Part shown: positions 25,468 to 38,561 of the stretch, piece after piece
Numbering within the stretch: the first letter of the stretch is position 1
Layout: the number at the start of each line of letters is the position of its first letter
Source: Lingula anatina
Lineage: Eukaryota > Animalia > Brachiopoda
Direction of reading: 5' to 3'
DNA: 64,000 bases
Assembly: GCA_051362555.1 (NCBI GenBank)
Contig: CM120646.1
Span: forward strand, 16,492,001 to 16,556,000
The notes under the pieces: model-generated
What the model was told of the DNA's origin: nothing
The model's input: only the letters and a program-made list of their open reading frames with translations
Database searches by the model: none
Made by a program: the position numbers and the translations under genes

Positions 25468-28400
25468 GTCAACGTGAAAATTTATTTTTACGAAATTGCG
25501 ATATTCCCCAGTGTTATTTTTTAAATAAAAGCATAAATACTTATCTGACTATACTTTTCGCTTGGTTGTTATTTCATGTTAACATGACAATTTCGTAAAA
25601 ATTGTATTCGTCTATTTACACATAGCATTGAAAATGTAGTCGTAAATTTGCCACAAATAAGAATTAGGGTGATTTGGTATCAGGCGTACAAATATTTTAT
25701 CTGTGCCCCACGCCGTTGTGTTCACACTTAAGCTAAGAAATATCCCCACATGCATTTTGCAAAGAATTTTTTTAAAAATCTCTCTGAGGTTTTCAATAAT
25801 ATATATGCAGATTTTGAAAGCTGTTACCTTAAACGACACTAGGTTTTCCAAGTTTATGTGAATTAGTGCTTAAATGATATACTTGATATTTTGCTACTTT
25901 ATGATGTTTTATACTTGAGTCTTATATTTGTAAATTCTGTATTAAACTCATTTATATCGATTTAATGAAAGTTGATCCGCTGTTTTTTCTAAAAAAAATT
26001 AAACGATGTTGGATGGTACAAAACATTAGTGTTTTTTATGGATAAGCCTAATATTTATTTGTGGTATTTAGTAATAATTGGTTTTGTAATATGCTGCCTG
26101 CCTATTTTCATACCTTGTGGTCGCTGTATGTAGCATTGCTCATGTCTCTGCTTCCTTTCCTCTGTCCTTGTCAGGTCTTAATTGCCCTGTCCACCTTCCT
26201 ATAGGCTTACATCTGGTTCCAATAATTCGTTTGAAAAAGGATCGGGCCCTATATCCCCGTCACTGATGAAAACAAAAACAGCAGCATCAGTCAAAATGGC
26301 TGCACGTGCCGTATCCTCATTTTAATTTCATGTATATATAAAACGACGCCTTGTATTTAACTTTCAAACTGGACGAAAAGAGATCGGTGCCTTACGTGGT
26401 TTTTGTTTCCTTTCTTCGTTGCTGCCACATCTTCCAGGCGAGGCCAATGTGGTGTGGTGTGAGAGGGTTTCTGATCACAACTCCTTAGTTTGATGGATAG
26501 AAATGAAGAAACATCCATCCCTGTCCAAGGCAGTAGATTTTCAGTTGGAAATAAGATGAGAACGCCCATTCCTGTCCAAGGAAATGTGTTTGATAAAGAC
26601 AGAACGTGAGTTATATTTCAATAAAAATCTAAGCTTCCGCAATTATTAAAGTTCTTGATCAAAGCATTATGTACTATGTGACGATAACGGTTGGGGTAGT
26701 TTCCTGGTAAATATACATATACTTCACGTCACATCGTTGCCTTGTTCCCGTGACAGGGACTCAGTTATGTTTTAAACAAAAACAGAAAAAATCAAGAGAT
26801 GCAGAGATTCATTTGCAAAATAGGTCCTCTTAACAACGCGATCAAAGATCAATTGCTTTCATTTGCTCCCAATTTGCGCTCTGTTCTACTTATTGCAGCT
26901 ACCACCCCTTTCAACTTTAAAATTTCATAGGTTTTTTACTGTTGCTCGACCCCAATTACTTGAAATGACTGCTCCAGTGTTGTTTCAGTTAAAAGCCAAC
27001 AAAGTTTTTTATTACACATTGTGTTAACGAAGGGTATACGTATTATTTTCTCAAAAACAATGCATAGTCGTCTGTTTCAGAGAGATGAATGGGAGCCCCA
27101 CTTTGGCAAACATATACCAAAATAGATAGAATAAACTTGTTGGTAGTTGTTGATTAACCTTTACAGAATAGTACTGAATTAATAAATGCACCTTGTGATT
27201 ATATAACATTATAACACACAAAAGTTAACGTTGAACAGCCATAAACAAAACAGTGAAACATTGTAAATGGCACAAAACCCATGTACTCGGATTTAGCCAA
27301 GGGGAAATTCAGAAGTTATGGATCACATATGTTAAGCTATGTAATTTTGATGTCTTTGACAAACAGACGTGCTCTGTTGGTTGTAACAAATACGATAAAC
27401 TACAGACTTCGCATGGGATTTTGAACTTTGCAGAATCAATTGATAATGGGTCATAAAGTGATATTTACGAAGGTGATATTTAATTATTTATATACATCAT
27501 TTTTCAGTGACTCTGACCTTTACACACACACACACACACACACACGTGCACACACACACGTGCACACACACGTCTAAAAGTAGCAATTTTATGGTACTAT
27601 TTATACGAAAGGTGGTGAAGCAGCGAATGGACTTGCTATGAGTTGGTTTGCGATTAAATGATTTATATGGTGCTTCTTTAATTGCAAACACATTTTTGAA
27701 TATTAATAGTTTCTCTTTGGTCACATCTGCTATTCAAAATAAGATACAAGTCAATCCAAGAACGAATTGCATTAGCTGTGGTCTGAGCTCAGTAATTATC
27801 ATAAACTCTTTACGAAATCAGCTTAAATCATAAGTCTTTTGCATACCAATATTTCTGTCTACCAGAAGAGGGAATTTGATAGGCACCGCAATATTGGGGT
27901 ACAAATACCTCTGATCCCTTCTGTTCTTGTGAAGAATCTGTTCAAGGTTCACATGAAGCATCATTTTTTTTTTTTTTTTTTTTTTTGTTAGGCCTAAGTC
28001 TCTTCACTACTAATTGATGATCAACTGACGCAAAGGTACTTGGGGTTGTGCGAAAAGGGACAAGAAGCATAGCTAGAAGGTAGAACAGACACGCGTTTGC
28101 TAAGATAAAATTCTTAGGAAAAGGTAAATGTTCGTTTTCATTGTAAATCAACTCTCATACAATGCCTTGACCGAATTTCGTGATGTTTTCACAGAATTCA
28201 AATATACTGTGTAATGTTGTGTCCTTAAATACAATTATAATCTTTGGGGTTATTACATTAGAATACCTCAGGCCATTTCGCATGTTGTTGGTTTGAGATG
28301 CCTTTTACAGTCTTTTGTTATATAATTACTCGAGCAGAGAACACTGTGCGTTCCTTTTAAGACGCGCAGTCCCTTGGGCGAAACACTGGGTAATTAACAG

Positions 28401-29402
28401 TGCGACGCGTGAAATTCAACACCGAAGCGTTCCCATCTTCATAGCAATTGCAAATCTTCCCCTTCAAACGCTGGGGCATACTTGTTTATGCTCTCACGCG
28501 TGATATCTTGGCAAAGTGTCTTAATGTCTTGAAAGACGGAACGCAGATGCAATATCTGGTTGTTGTCTGATATGACACGTTGAATATGGTCTTAGAAACT
28601 CGCTCTCTCATACCTGAAATCAACCTATCACACTTTTAAACCGCCTGAAACTAACACACATCACACATGGAGATTTAAGTACATGCGTACCTTCAGACTA
28701 GTTCGAACTTGTATCTCAACTATTATAGTAAGTTTTAATATCTAATTTAATATTGCGCCTCAAAAATTCAGTTTATTAACTAGAGAAAGTAGTTGTAGGT
28801 TTACTTCTTTACTTACTTGTTTATAGAAGGCATTCTCGTCTGCAGACATTGAAACAATTGAAACAAACGTTCTTCTCAAATTCCTGTAACATCTTTGTAT
28901 GTAGTGATGTTACATGATAGGTCATACTAGTAACAAGGCCTTGTCTTTATTTATTTATTTATTTATTTATTTATTATTATTTTTTTTAAATATTCTGCTA
29001 ATAGATGCTTCAGATATCTTTAAAATTGGAAAATTGGTTTACAATTTTTTCTATGCCTCGAATGTATATATACATATCCCTCCATATAACAACTGTTACC
29101 CTTATGCATACCCTTTTGCAGAATAGTAGAACACCGTCAATAAGCAGAAAAAAGACAGACACGGGGTAGAATCTGAACTCGCATACAAACACATACGTAA
29201 CTAAGCCAAGATGCCAAGTTTTGACTGAGGCATTTAGCAAGTCTATCTTTACCGTTTAAGATTGGCAGGTAATCTACCGCATGCATTACCCTTTTTGTCT
29301 ATCTCTGACGGGGGATATGAACTGGTTTATATTAAAGTAGGGTCCATCTTACATAATAAACACACTAGTTAAATGTACTGGAGGTTTAGTAATATTTATC
29401 GT

Positions 29403-29741
29403 TCAAATTTCGTTTTTCAGCCAGTTTAAGAACGTGACAACATCTTTCGTAAATACAGTAGGCATCGTTGCACATGCCTCCAACTCGTTGTTATAATGAA
29501 AAACTCCCATGCAAGAATCCTTTGCATTATTTATCCTGCTGATGTACATTTGCCTTGTCCAATATATCCCCCAGCAACACGACACACGGGCACGATCAGT
29601 TTGCAGCCAAAGGGAGATATATATTCCGTGCGAAATAGTGGTTCCATAGTCTGATTTCCTAAATGCTTTTTTAACGTTCACATATATGGCAGACAAATTT
29701 AACATACATGAAAGACAAATAATTTTGTATCGCTGACACAT
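29403..29741 (-). mobile_element. Highly decayed non-LTR (CR1/L2-like) reverse transcriptase fragment
   Basis: Motifs occur in RT order: AIYVNVKKAF (~AIYLDFxKAFD), LQTDRARV (~YLTDRxQRV), AKDSCMGVFHYNNEL (~PQGSCLGPLLFxxYINDL), VFTKD (~LFADD). Confidence 0.5.
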
Positions 29742-32700
29742 TATTTTAAATTCCGAAACAACACATTAACTTTAACGAAAAAATTACGAAAATGTATAGG
29801 CGTACACGAACACTGCACCGCGCAATGATCGAAAAAAGCCTTAATTTAGCGTACTCTATAAAAGTAGTGTTCTATCACCAAAGTATACTGTCTTTTTGTT
29901 CGATTTATATTGAAAAATAAGCTAATAGTGAGCTTTATCTACTTAAAATAAAAGTGTTTATAACCGCATTATATATTATGGCACCAAGAATATCACCAAC
30001 GCACCTCTTCGCATTGTGGTTTTAAAATTGTGATTGTTGCAAAATTTATGGGCGATCTCATGTGCCAGAATTTAAACAATAAAAAAATAATAATAAATTA
30101 AATGTTTCCAAGAACTTTCATTTGTATTGTAGAAATCGGTCTTGATAGCTATGGCTTAAAGGAAATATAAAACAGTTATCAGACCTGCTTTTTCTTAATT
30201 GGTTTACCACAAGTTTACAAGTTGATTATCAATGGGTAGACGATAGTATGAAGAATGGAAATGTTAAGGTTTTTAGAAAAACGATGAACTCCACATTTTC
30301 ACAGTTGCAAAATAGTTGAGACTGATATCTTAAGGTAATGCATTCCATACATACTTAAAAATCATATATTCTTAATTTTTACGCAGATGATATGTGCATA
30401 CATACATACATACTTTTTAGCTAGCACACATTTACGATATACAGGTACATGTATACGATGAATTAAATTCCAGAATTATACTCGGGTGATATACACTTGT
30501 ATTTTGTTTTGTTTTAAGATCCACATAGTTGCTATATAAAAATATGATATCTATTGAATGCTACAATTTCGTTTGACTTTTTAAAGTGCTCATGAGTTGT
30601 TAAGTTACTCTCTGTTGCTAAACACATGGACGGTACTGATTGAATTCTTAATATATCCTTTGCTAGAAACATCAGCAGGGATTCACAACTTCCCTGGTAA
30701 ATACTAGAACGCCAACTGCGCTTTTTACTAATCTTATTTGCATCTTTGATGACATTTATGTCAGAATAACAAATTTAAATTGTGCATTTATAGACAACCC
30801 TTAATCAGCAAGTAAGTAATTCGTCTTCAATTTATATCCCAAAGTGTACATTATTTTCTAGTTAATTTTAACTTTTAATAAGCCTAAATTGCTTGTATAT
30901 TCGTGTGGATTCCTCGAAATATGATCAGTGATATTGTTTAAATTTGGAAGTGTTAAAATATAAATGTATTTAGCTAGCTGTACTTTCCCTTGAAATTTCA
31001 TGATAGTATACAGTGCAGAAAGCATCTGAAACTAGTGAAATATATGTTGATTAATTTAACATCTTATAGTAGAGTTTTTCTTTATCTGTTGTATCTGCGC
31101 ACACTCACGTATGCCCCTTCTTTGGTTCTCAATTGCCCAAATTGCACATAAGGAAAATACAAAAAAAAAATATTAGTTGGTGGTGTGATTAGAGTACACC
31201 TGGATAATTCACATACGCCTAAGAAATTAAGGGATTCCTATTTTCATTTCTAAACATATGGTTAATATATATATATTGTGGATCACGAAATACCACTGTC
31301 ACCACGCTAATTGAGAAATTCTTTTTTCATTACTGGAATATTTTGTAAAATTCCGTTATTTATAATTAAAAAAGTATATAACCTGATGCCCTTGTCCTCA
31401 TGTCAGTGTTATTTGAATTATTTCAGAGTAGCTTTTAGACAGCGTTTTCGAAATATATGAAGAACTAATACTAAAACCATTTTAATGGAAGTTATATTGG
31501 TAAACAATCCAGTTGTTGATAATATTACTTAAAATTTAGAAGTGGGTTTGACACGTTTACAAATATCTGATTGCATAACACATTAAAACAAAATTCATTT
31601 TAAAATATCAGTATCCCTTGTATTTTTGATCTCCCCAAATGACTTACAAGAATGAAAAAAATTAAAATTATTCATTGATGTTGTCTTCATGATTAACGTT
31701 TCAATATAACTAGAATATGACAATGACCTCTATATCAAATTGATTCCATATACTTTTTTACCTGAGAGTAAGTGGTTGCATGAGAATGGTAAACATGTAT
31801 TCAAAATGTTTTACAACAGCATTTTAGCCCTGATGATAAAGATATTATGTAACATGTTTGTAATAAAATGAAATTCTACCTTCTATCTTGAATACATTGC
31901 TGTGTATTTCTGAATGTTTTTATTTCGTGAACGTTAAAAAAACGCGGTTGAAATGTGCAGAGAGTAACTTCATTTTTGATCAGAAATAACATAATTGTGG
32001 TCATATTTAACCTTGCTTCAGTGCTTCCATTTATTTTAGTTGGACTAATCACCCGCATAACATTACTAGCATATTTTCCACGTCAGAAGAGGTTTAAGGA
32101 ATACGTTTAGGGATGTAATCAAAACAATGCCTCTGGTAAATATTTTAAATAGGAAAGTAAGATGTCAAAAGAAAATTATAACAATTAAATAACTAAATAA
32201 GGGGTTATATAAAAAATCCTGATAAAAACTGTAGCTCTATCTAACTCATTGAAACAGGGCACAACATTGCTTGGTAAATAAACGTATAAATACACGTTAA
32301 ATTATCTTGTGTCAGTGGCAATCAAGCGTTTTTTTAAAATAATTACGTAAATAGATATTTACTATCTTAACAATTCAATATATATGTATATACTGACAGC
32401 TGCTATTACGTGGTAACATTTTTATCTATAACTGAGTTCACATTACGGCTTACGTCAAAACTTGATTTAATAACGGTCGTTTGAGCCTACATCATCCCCA
32501 GATTCATCAGTAATTGTCTTCCTAAGTAAGAATATTTGTCCTGTTTCACGAAATAGATTTCATAACTATGTATATTTAAACTATTATTGACGCAATGCTT
32601 ATAGAGGTTTTGGAGATTTTGGAATATTAATTTTATTATTTATTTTATCCCTAGATTTTCTCATTTGAAAAATATAAACGAATATGGAACTTAATAGTCA

Positions 32701-33002
32701 AATAAAACTATGCAAAACTTCAAGCCCAGTTATTATTTTACCTTAAACACCTGCAAAGAAAAGCATTTTCAATGCACAAAATGAAGAGGAAAATATCACA
32801 TTGTTATCTGGTTTATCAGTCTCTTTGTACATCAGTGTATCTCTACGTATTTCTCTTTGTGCACTTTCCATCATCCTTTTTTTTATTATTTTCATTAAGT
32901 TTTCTACTGTGCACCCTTTCACACGAGAACTTTACTCGCAGGCCCATAGACAGAAGGGTTGGGTGGAGTTGGGTTCGAACATATCGCACTTTTAGCAAGG
33001 CA

Positions 33003-33675
33003 AAGGTCCGCTCTGAAACAAAATTAGGTCAAGGCTCCGTGTCTAGGGTCTTGGTTCACTTTTTCAGAAACATCCCCCACCTCTTGAACCCCCCAAGTCA
33101 GAACCTGGGCACTGTAGCAGTTTAATGACATTTCAGTCATGAAAATATTTCAAGCTTTGTTTAAAAATTACATTTCGTTACATTACATGTTTAATTTTTA
33201 AACAGAGTAGAGGAAATTATTTCTAAATTTCTAAAACTATTTCTACATGGTTATATGTGAGATATGTTTACAGCATATTTGGCATTCTTAAAATGATGAA
33301 AAATTTTACAACCAATGACTTCCTGCCCAATATTAAAATCTCTTTCCACGGGCTATTTTGTCCCTAGTCTTCGTGTCACATCTGTAAATCAAATACCGAC
33401 ACTTCTATTTGAAATAATACACAAGACCTTTTTTTTCAAGATAAAAATGTCGTATAAAATATGTGACAGATGTATTATGTCGCATTTCCTTTAACGATTA
33501 TGCTCGTCAACAAGTGTAATTACAGTATTTCCTATAACACTGACATGTTCAGTATCCGAAACCTTTAAGCTACATCACTAATATTAACTAAGGTCCGCCC
33601 TGAGTCAAAATTAGACCAAGGTTCCAGGTATAGGATTGTGGTTCAATCTTTCAGAAACACCTCCACCTCTTCAAA
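33003..33675 (+). repeat. About 85-bp diverged direct repeat (33003-33090 and 33590-33675)
   Basis: aaggtccgc.ctga..caaaattag..caagg.tcc...tggttca...tttcagaaaca...ccacctctt occurs twice. Confidence 0.75.
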
Positions 33676-33737
33676 TGACAGGCCACAAGCCAAAGTCGAG
33701 AGTTGGCCTTGCCTTTAGGACTGAACATGTGAGTGTA

Positions 33738-33828
<91 letters not shown>

Positions 33829-35109
33829 TATCAAAGTAAGTGAGGATATCGGCCCCATTTCGCAGAGGGTTTGCAGAGGGATGGTGTTTACTGTAAATGT
33901 AAACTGAGTCAAACTAGAAAAAATATCGGCCTCGGAAGTTAAGCCAAATCCATGTTCTTTCTTGAAACTGTTCTTCGATGTCCAGTGATTTTGTCCTTTC
34001 CATGGTTTACACTTCAAAAATAAAAAAAAAGTCTGGTCCTAGGTAAGGTTGGTATTTGAGAAACGTTCATCATGTGCTCTTGAACTTTTACTCACTGAAT
34101 TTGTTTTGTTACCAGCCATGTAATCCTCCCTCTATAGTTCTTAAATTTTTTTATAAGAAATGCTGTTAGCCGCAGAGTGAATACACTGGTTAGAAAACGA
34201 TACTATAAAGAAAGACAATTATACCATGAGACTCATTAACTAACTCGACATTTAAGTGTAACGATTGTAGAGCAATTTGGTTAATATGTAAGTATGCTCC
34301 GATGCTTTGGAACAAGAGAAACATAGTGTTGTGTAAAACGCTCCATGGAGCACTCAAATTTAGATTTAAATGTTTATTCTAAATATCTTTTTACTGTCAA
34401 ATTACTATCAAATATATATGTATACATTTTGTATAGCCAAAAGCGTATTTGGCTACTTTTTCTGCAGTAACCGTTGAGAATATTCTGTAGTCTGAACAAA
34501 TATTTCATTGGTGTTCCTTGTTATAATTTAACCTCTCAGTATCTTTATGATAGAGGTTCTTTTATTTTCATTTGAAGTCGTTGCCATATCATATTCAGTA
34601 GTAGACTATAACGGATTAATAGAACTACTGGTTTTTATTCCCTGTCTGATATTCATGTAATATATCCTAAAGTACTAATTGCAAAAAATGTACTGTTATT
34701 AGGATTCGACAACCCCTTACCAAATGGACATTGTAGCAGTTTGATGATATTTCAGTAATGAACTTATTTTCAAGCCTGGTTTAAAAAATGTAACTATTTC
34801 TTCATGGTTATACGTGAGGTATGTTTACTGCATATTTGGCATTTTTTAAATTATGAAAATTTTAACAACCAGTGACTTCCTGTCCGATATTAAAATCTCT
34901 TTTCACGGGCTCTTTTTCTCCCTAGTCTTCGTGTCGAATCTAGGAATGAAAAACATTTCTGTCTGATATAATACACAATTATCCTTTTTTCAAGATAAAA
35001 CGGTCGTATAAAATGTGACATGTATTATGTCGCATTTCGTCAACAAGTGTAAATACAAAATTTCCCATAACTCTGACGTGTTTAGTATACTACACCTGTA
35101 GGCTACAAC
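33107..35109 (+). repeat. Diverged direct repeat of about 400-470 bp (33107-33578 and 34726-35109)
   Basis: Shared blocks include tgtagcagttt, catggttata, gcatatttggcatt, tgacttcctg, ccctagtcttcgtgtc, tttcaagataaaa, tgtattatgtcgcatttc and cgtcaacaagtgtaa. Confidence 0.85.
33740..33824. repeat. (TA)n microsatellite
   Basis: Read directly from the sequence. Confidence 0.95.
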
Positions 35110-37702
35110 ACCAGATTGTTTTTTGAGGTATAAACTTTTTGTCTGAGTCGCTTTGAAAGGTATGCAGCTGCCTTTAACACCATTTTAACTCCGCCAAGGA
35201 GGTTGTGTTTCAGTTTCTTTGTGGAATGCGAGGTATACTGTAGTTAAAAGAGATTACTTAGCACATTCTTTTAAAGATTTTTGCTGTTATACAGGATGCT
35301 GTCATACACAATTCTTTAATTAGAAGATAGACACATAAATACGCATTGTCATTCTTTAAACCTTTATATGAAACTAAAGCTCCATCTATTGGTAAACTTG
35401 AAAACTTATACACGAACTTTAAACAGATACCTTTCTCACAGCATTTATCGCGCAAGTTAATGACACATCAAATGTATACCTTCGCCCTAACCCTGATGAC
35501 GTTTTCAAATAGCATATTAAACATTACAATTGCAGGCTTATACATAAGAATTCCTGGATAAAAAAGCTCAATTTGAACTACGGTGTATATGTTATAAATC
35601 TTTTTTGCATGGCCCAGATCTACAGGTCTTGTACCATAGCAAGCGGAAAGGGTCAGTTTAATGCCATCCATATTTGTCTGAAAAGGGTTTCACTATTGCC
35701 CAAGCATCTGTATATATAACCCATATATAAAACGCATGACGTAATGTCTAGACAGTACCACGTGACCGAAAGACATAATTTTGGCGGCAAACGTGGTCTC
35801 CCGTACATACATTATAGAAAGACGGAAACATGTATTTAAGAAAAGCCAGCTTGTCATAGTAAGTTTAGTTTTCATGAATGATATTTAGATAATCACACGT
35901 CTAATAAACCTTTACCTTTTATGTTCTAGATATTGAGTGGGTATCAGTTAAATATATACATATTGTTGTTAACACTACTAGTATATACATAGCATGTTGG
36001 GCCAATGTTCAAAAATTGACCTTGAGGTAAGGATTTTTGAATACTAGAAAATCACTGTTGCCCACCTTCAAATCTTTCCAAAGATTTAACTTGATTAAAC
36101 GCCTCATCTAATTGGGCTCCCAAGGAAGCCCTCATTGTACCACGAAAAAAAAAACAGTTTTCCTCAACGAACGATACGCAGGACTTAATTTCGATATACA
36201 ATGAAACGTTGAAATATTCGATTCAAAATGAAAAGTGACTGCTATAATTTCAGTACGACGTGATCATGTTACCTTCGCTTGTTAGATTAAGGGATACCAT
36301 GAGCCATGATTTTTGTCATGTCATTTTGTACCTATACTGAGTGTGAAAGGTAGAATGTGTGAACGTATGTGGGATTGAGTAAAGAACGTTGCATATGATG
36401 TTGCAATCCTTTCATTTTGCTCAAAGGCTCATTTCCAATGAAAGTTTCGTTCCACGTAGGTCTATCCAACTGATCTCGGTGAATGCAATCAGAAATACAG
36501 ACAACCGACGAAAATGTAATGTAAACAAGATTGAAGAAGTCCGTGAAAATAGACAATGTCTGTTTTTTTTCTTTATATGCGATATCACTTGTCCAAGATG
36601 ATAATAATGAAATGTTTTGGACTGCTAAGGAATGACTTATTGCCTCTCGTGGGTTACCTTCAGCTTTATTTATAAATGTCTAATAGTCACGTTTTAACAC
36701 AGTATTTTAGAATTTAAAAAAAGTACGTTTAATTCTTAACTGACATGTCAAACCCGTTGGCCTTATTGTACTGGATTTCACCAGGAAAAAATTTAAATGA
36801 ATGTTTTATTTTTCACAATGTAGTTTTTAAATTGTAGCTATAACTGGTGCTTACGTTAAGGTACAGACAGATATTTAGCTGAAGGGACCATATATATCTT
36901 TAAACAAACCCAGATTTATTCTGTAAGTTGGCTGTACGTTTTCATAGCATGAGATAATGAGACGTTCAGTAAGATAGTAACTCAAGCAGGCTGAATCTTG
37001 TACATAAAACATTTTAAAAAATGATAGCTGGAGAAGAGAAACTTCCTTGAAATAATTGGGTTGATATAAAGTGCACAATTAATGCAATATTCAAAAGAAG
37101 CCGTTTTCTAATGCAGTATCCTCGTTGGTCGATCATAGTGCACAAACATTATTTATGTAAGATGCAGATGATGTAGTTAATAACTTTGCTATTTAATTGA
37201 GTAAACATCTTTTTAAAACTCTTGCTCACTTTTTCTCACTCTCTACTGAATGAGCGAGTGGGTCGATCTTTTTGATAGATTAACATACTTCATATATATT
37301 GCTTAAATATTTTGTTACTTTGTACATAATTTTACGTTATCAATTATATGTCATCTCAAGAGTAAGTTTTCAACATCAAACAATACATTTTATAACCTTG
37401 ACCTTAAGTACAATTATATAGCTTACAGTAAGCCCATTGAATTGTTAGTTTCACCAACAAGATTTACTTTGTCTTTTAAATCTAAATCTTGAAAACAACA
37501 ACAGAGAAACGTTTGTTATTCTTTTTTTTCGATACAAATACCAGCAGTATATTTATAGTTTATAACACAGACATCACAATTGTTTTTTTATACCTTGTCA
37601 CTGAACAAGATATTTTTCCCTTAATTTTGAATGCTTTTCAGCAAATTTAATCAGGAACTGAATCATCTTGTACATGTATGGGTGCTTGTAACGTGTTGAT
37701 AG

Positions 37703-37703
<1 letters not shown>

Positions 37704-37786
<83 letters not shown>
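37704..37786. repeat. Compound (CA)n(TA)n microsatellite
   Basis: Read directly from the sequence. Confidence 0.95.
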
Positions 37787-37788
<2 letters not shown>

Positions 37789-37844
37789 CAAACAGATACA
37801 CAATTAAAATCATGTACAAATGTACTTAAAATATCCCCTAAATA

Positions 37845-37922
<78 letters not shown>

Positions 37923-37952
37923 CATGATTTTAATTGTGTATCTCTTTGGAAT
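37785..37952. repeat. 32-bp inverted repeat pair enclosing a (TA)n tract
   Basis: attccaaacagatacacaattaaaatcatgta (37785-37816) and tgcatgattttaattgtgtatctctttggaat (37921-37952) are reverse complements with 2 mismatches. Confidence 0.8.
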
Positions 37953-38491
37953 GCATCAATAACTTCACACACAGACTTCACACACAGACATTCGGGTTCA
38001 CACCGTACATGTAAATGCTATTGTAAGGCAATATTTCTGAAAGGGCTAAATGCTTTACTTCTAAAATAAGAGCAACTTAATTATTCACTACATTATTACT
38101 ACAGTACATTTATAGAATCAAAACAAGCCAATACTTGACATTCAAGTAGATTCACTGAAAAGGATGCCTTGAAGAGAAAACAATATTAAAAGATAGCCAA
38201 TTGCAAACATAAAGATCTCAACAAGACATGCTACATGTGCAGGACAAGTTGTAAACAAAGCTTTGTCTGAAAATGTAAGTAGGATGCTATCTATCTGCTA
38301 TTAATAAACATTCATGAATTAAAATTAATTACTCAGTGATTTGATTTATAAGTGGAAAATACCTAAAATTAAACTACTGATAACCATTAGGCATCATTTT
38401 GTTTTTGTTGAACAGGATATATATTAAAATAAAATTATATTAATACAATGTATTTATTCAAATATTGTGAAACAAGATTAACACCTCCTCC

Positions 38492-38494
<3 letters not shown>

Positions 38495-38560
<66 letters not shown>
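38495..38560. repeat. Compound (TC)n(TG)n microsatellite
   Basis: Read directly from the sequence. Confidence 0.95.
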
Positions 38561-38561
<1 letters not shown>

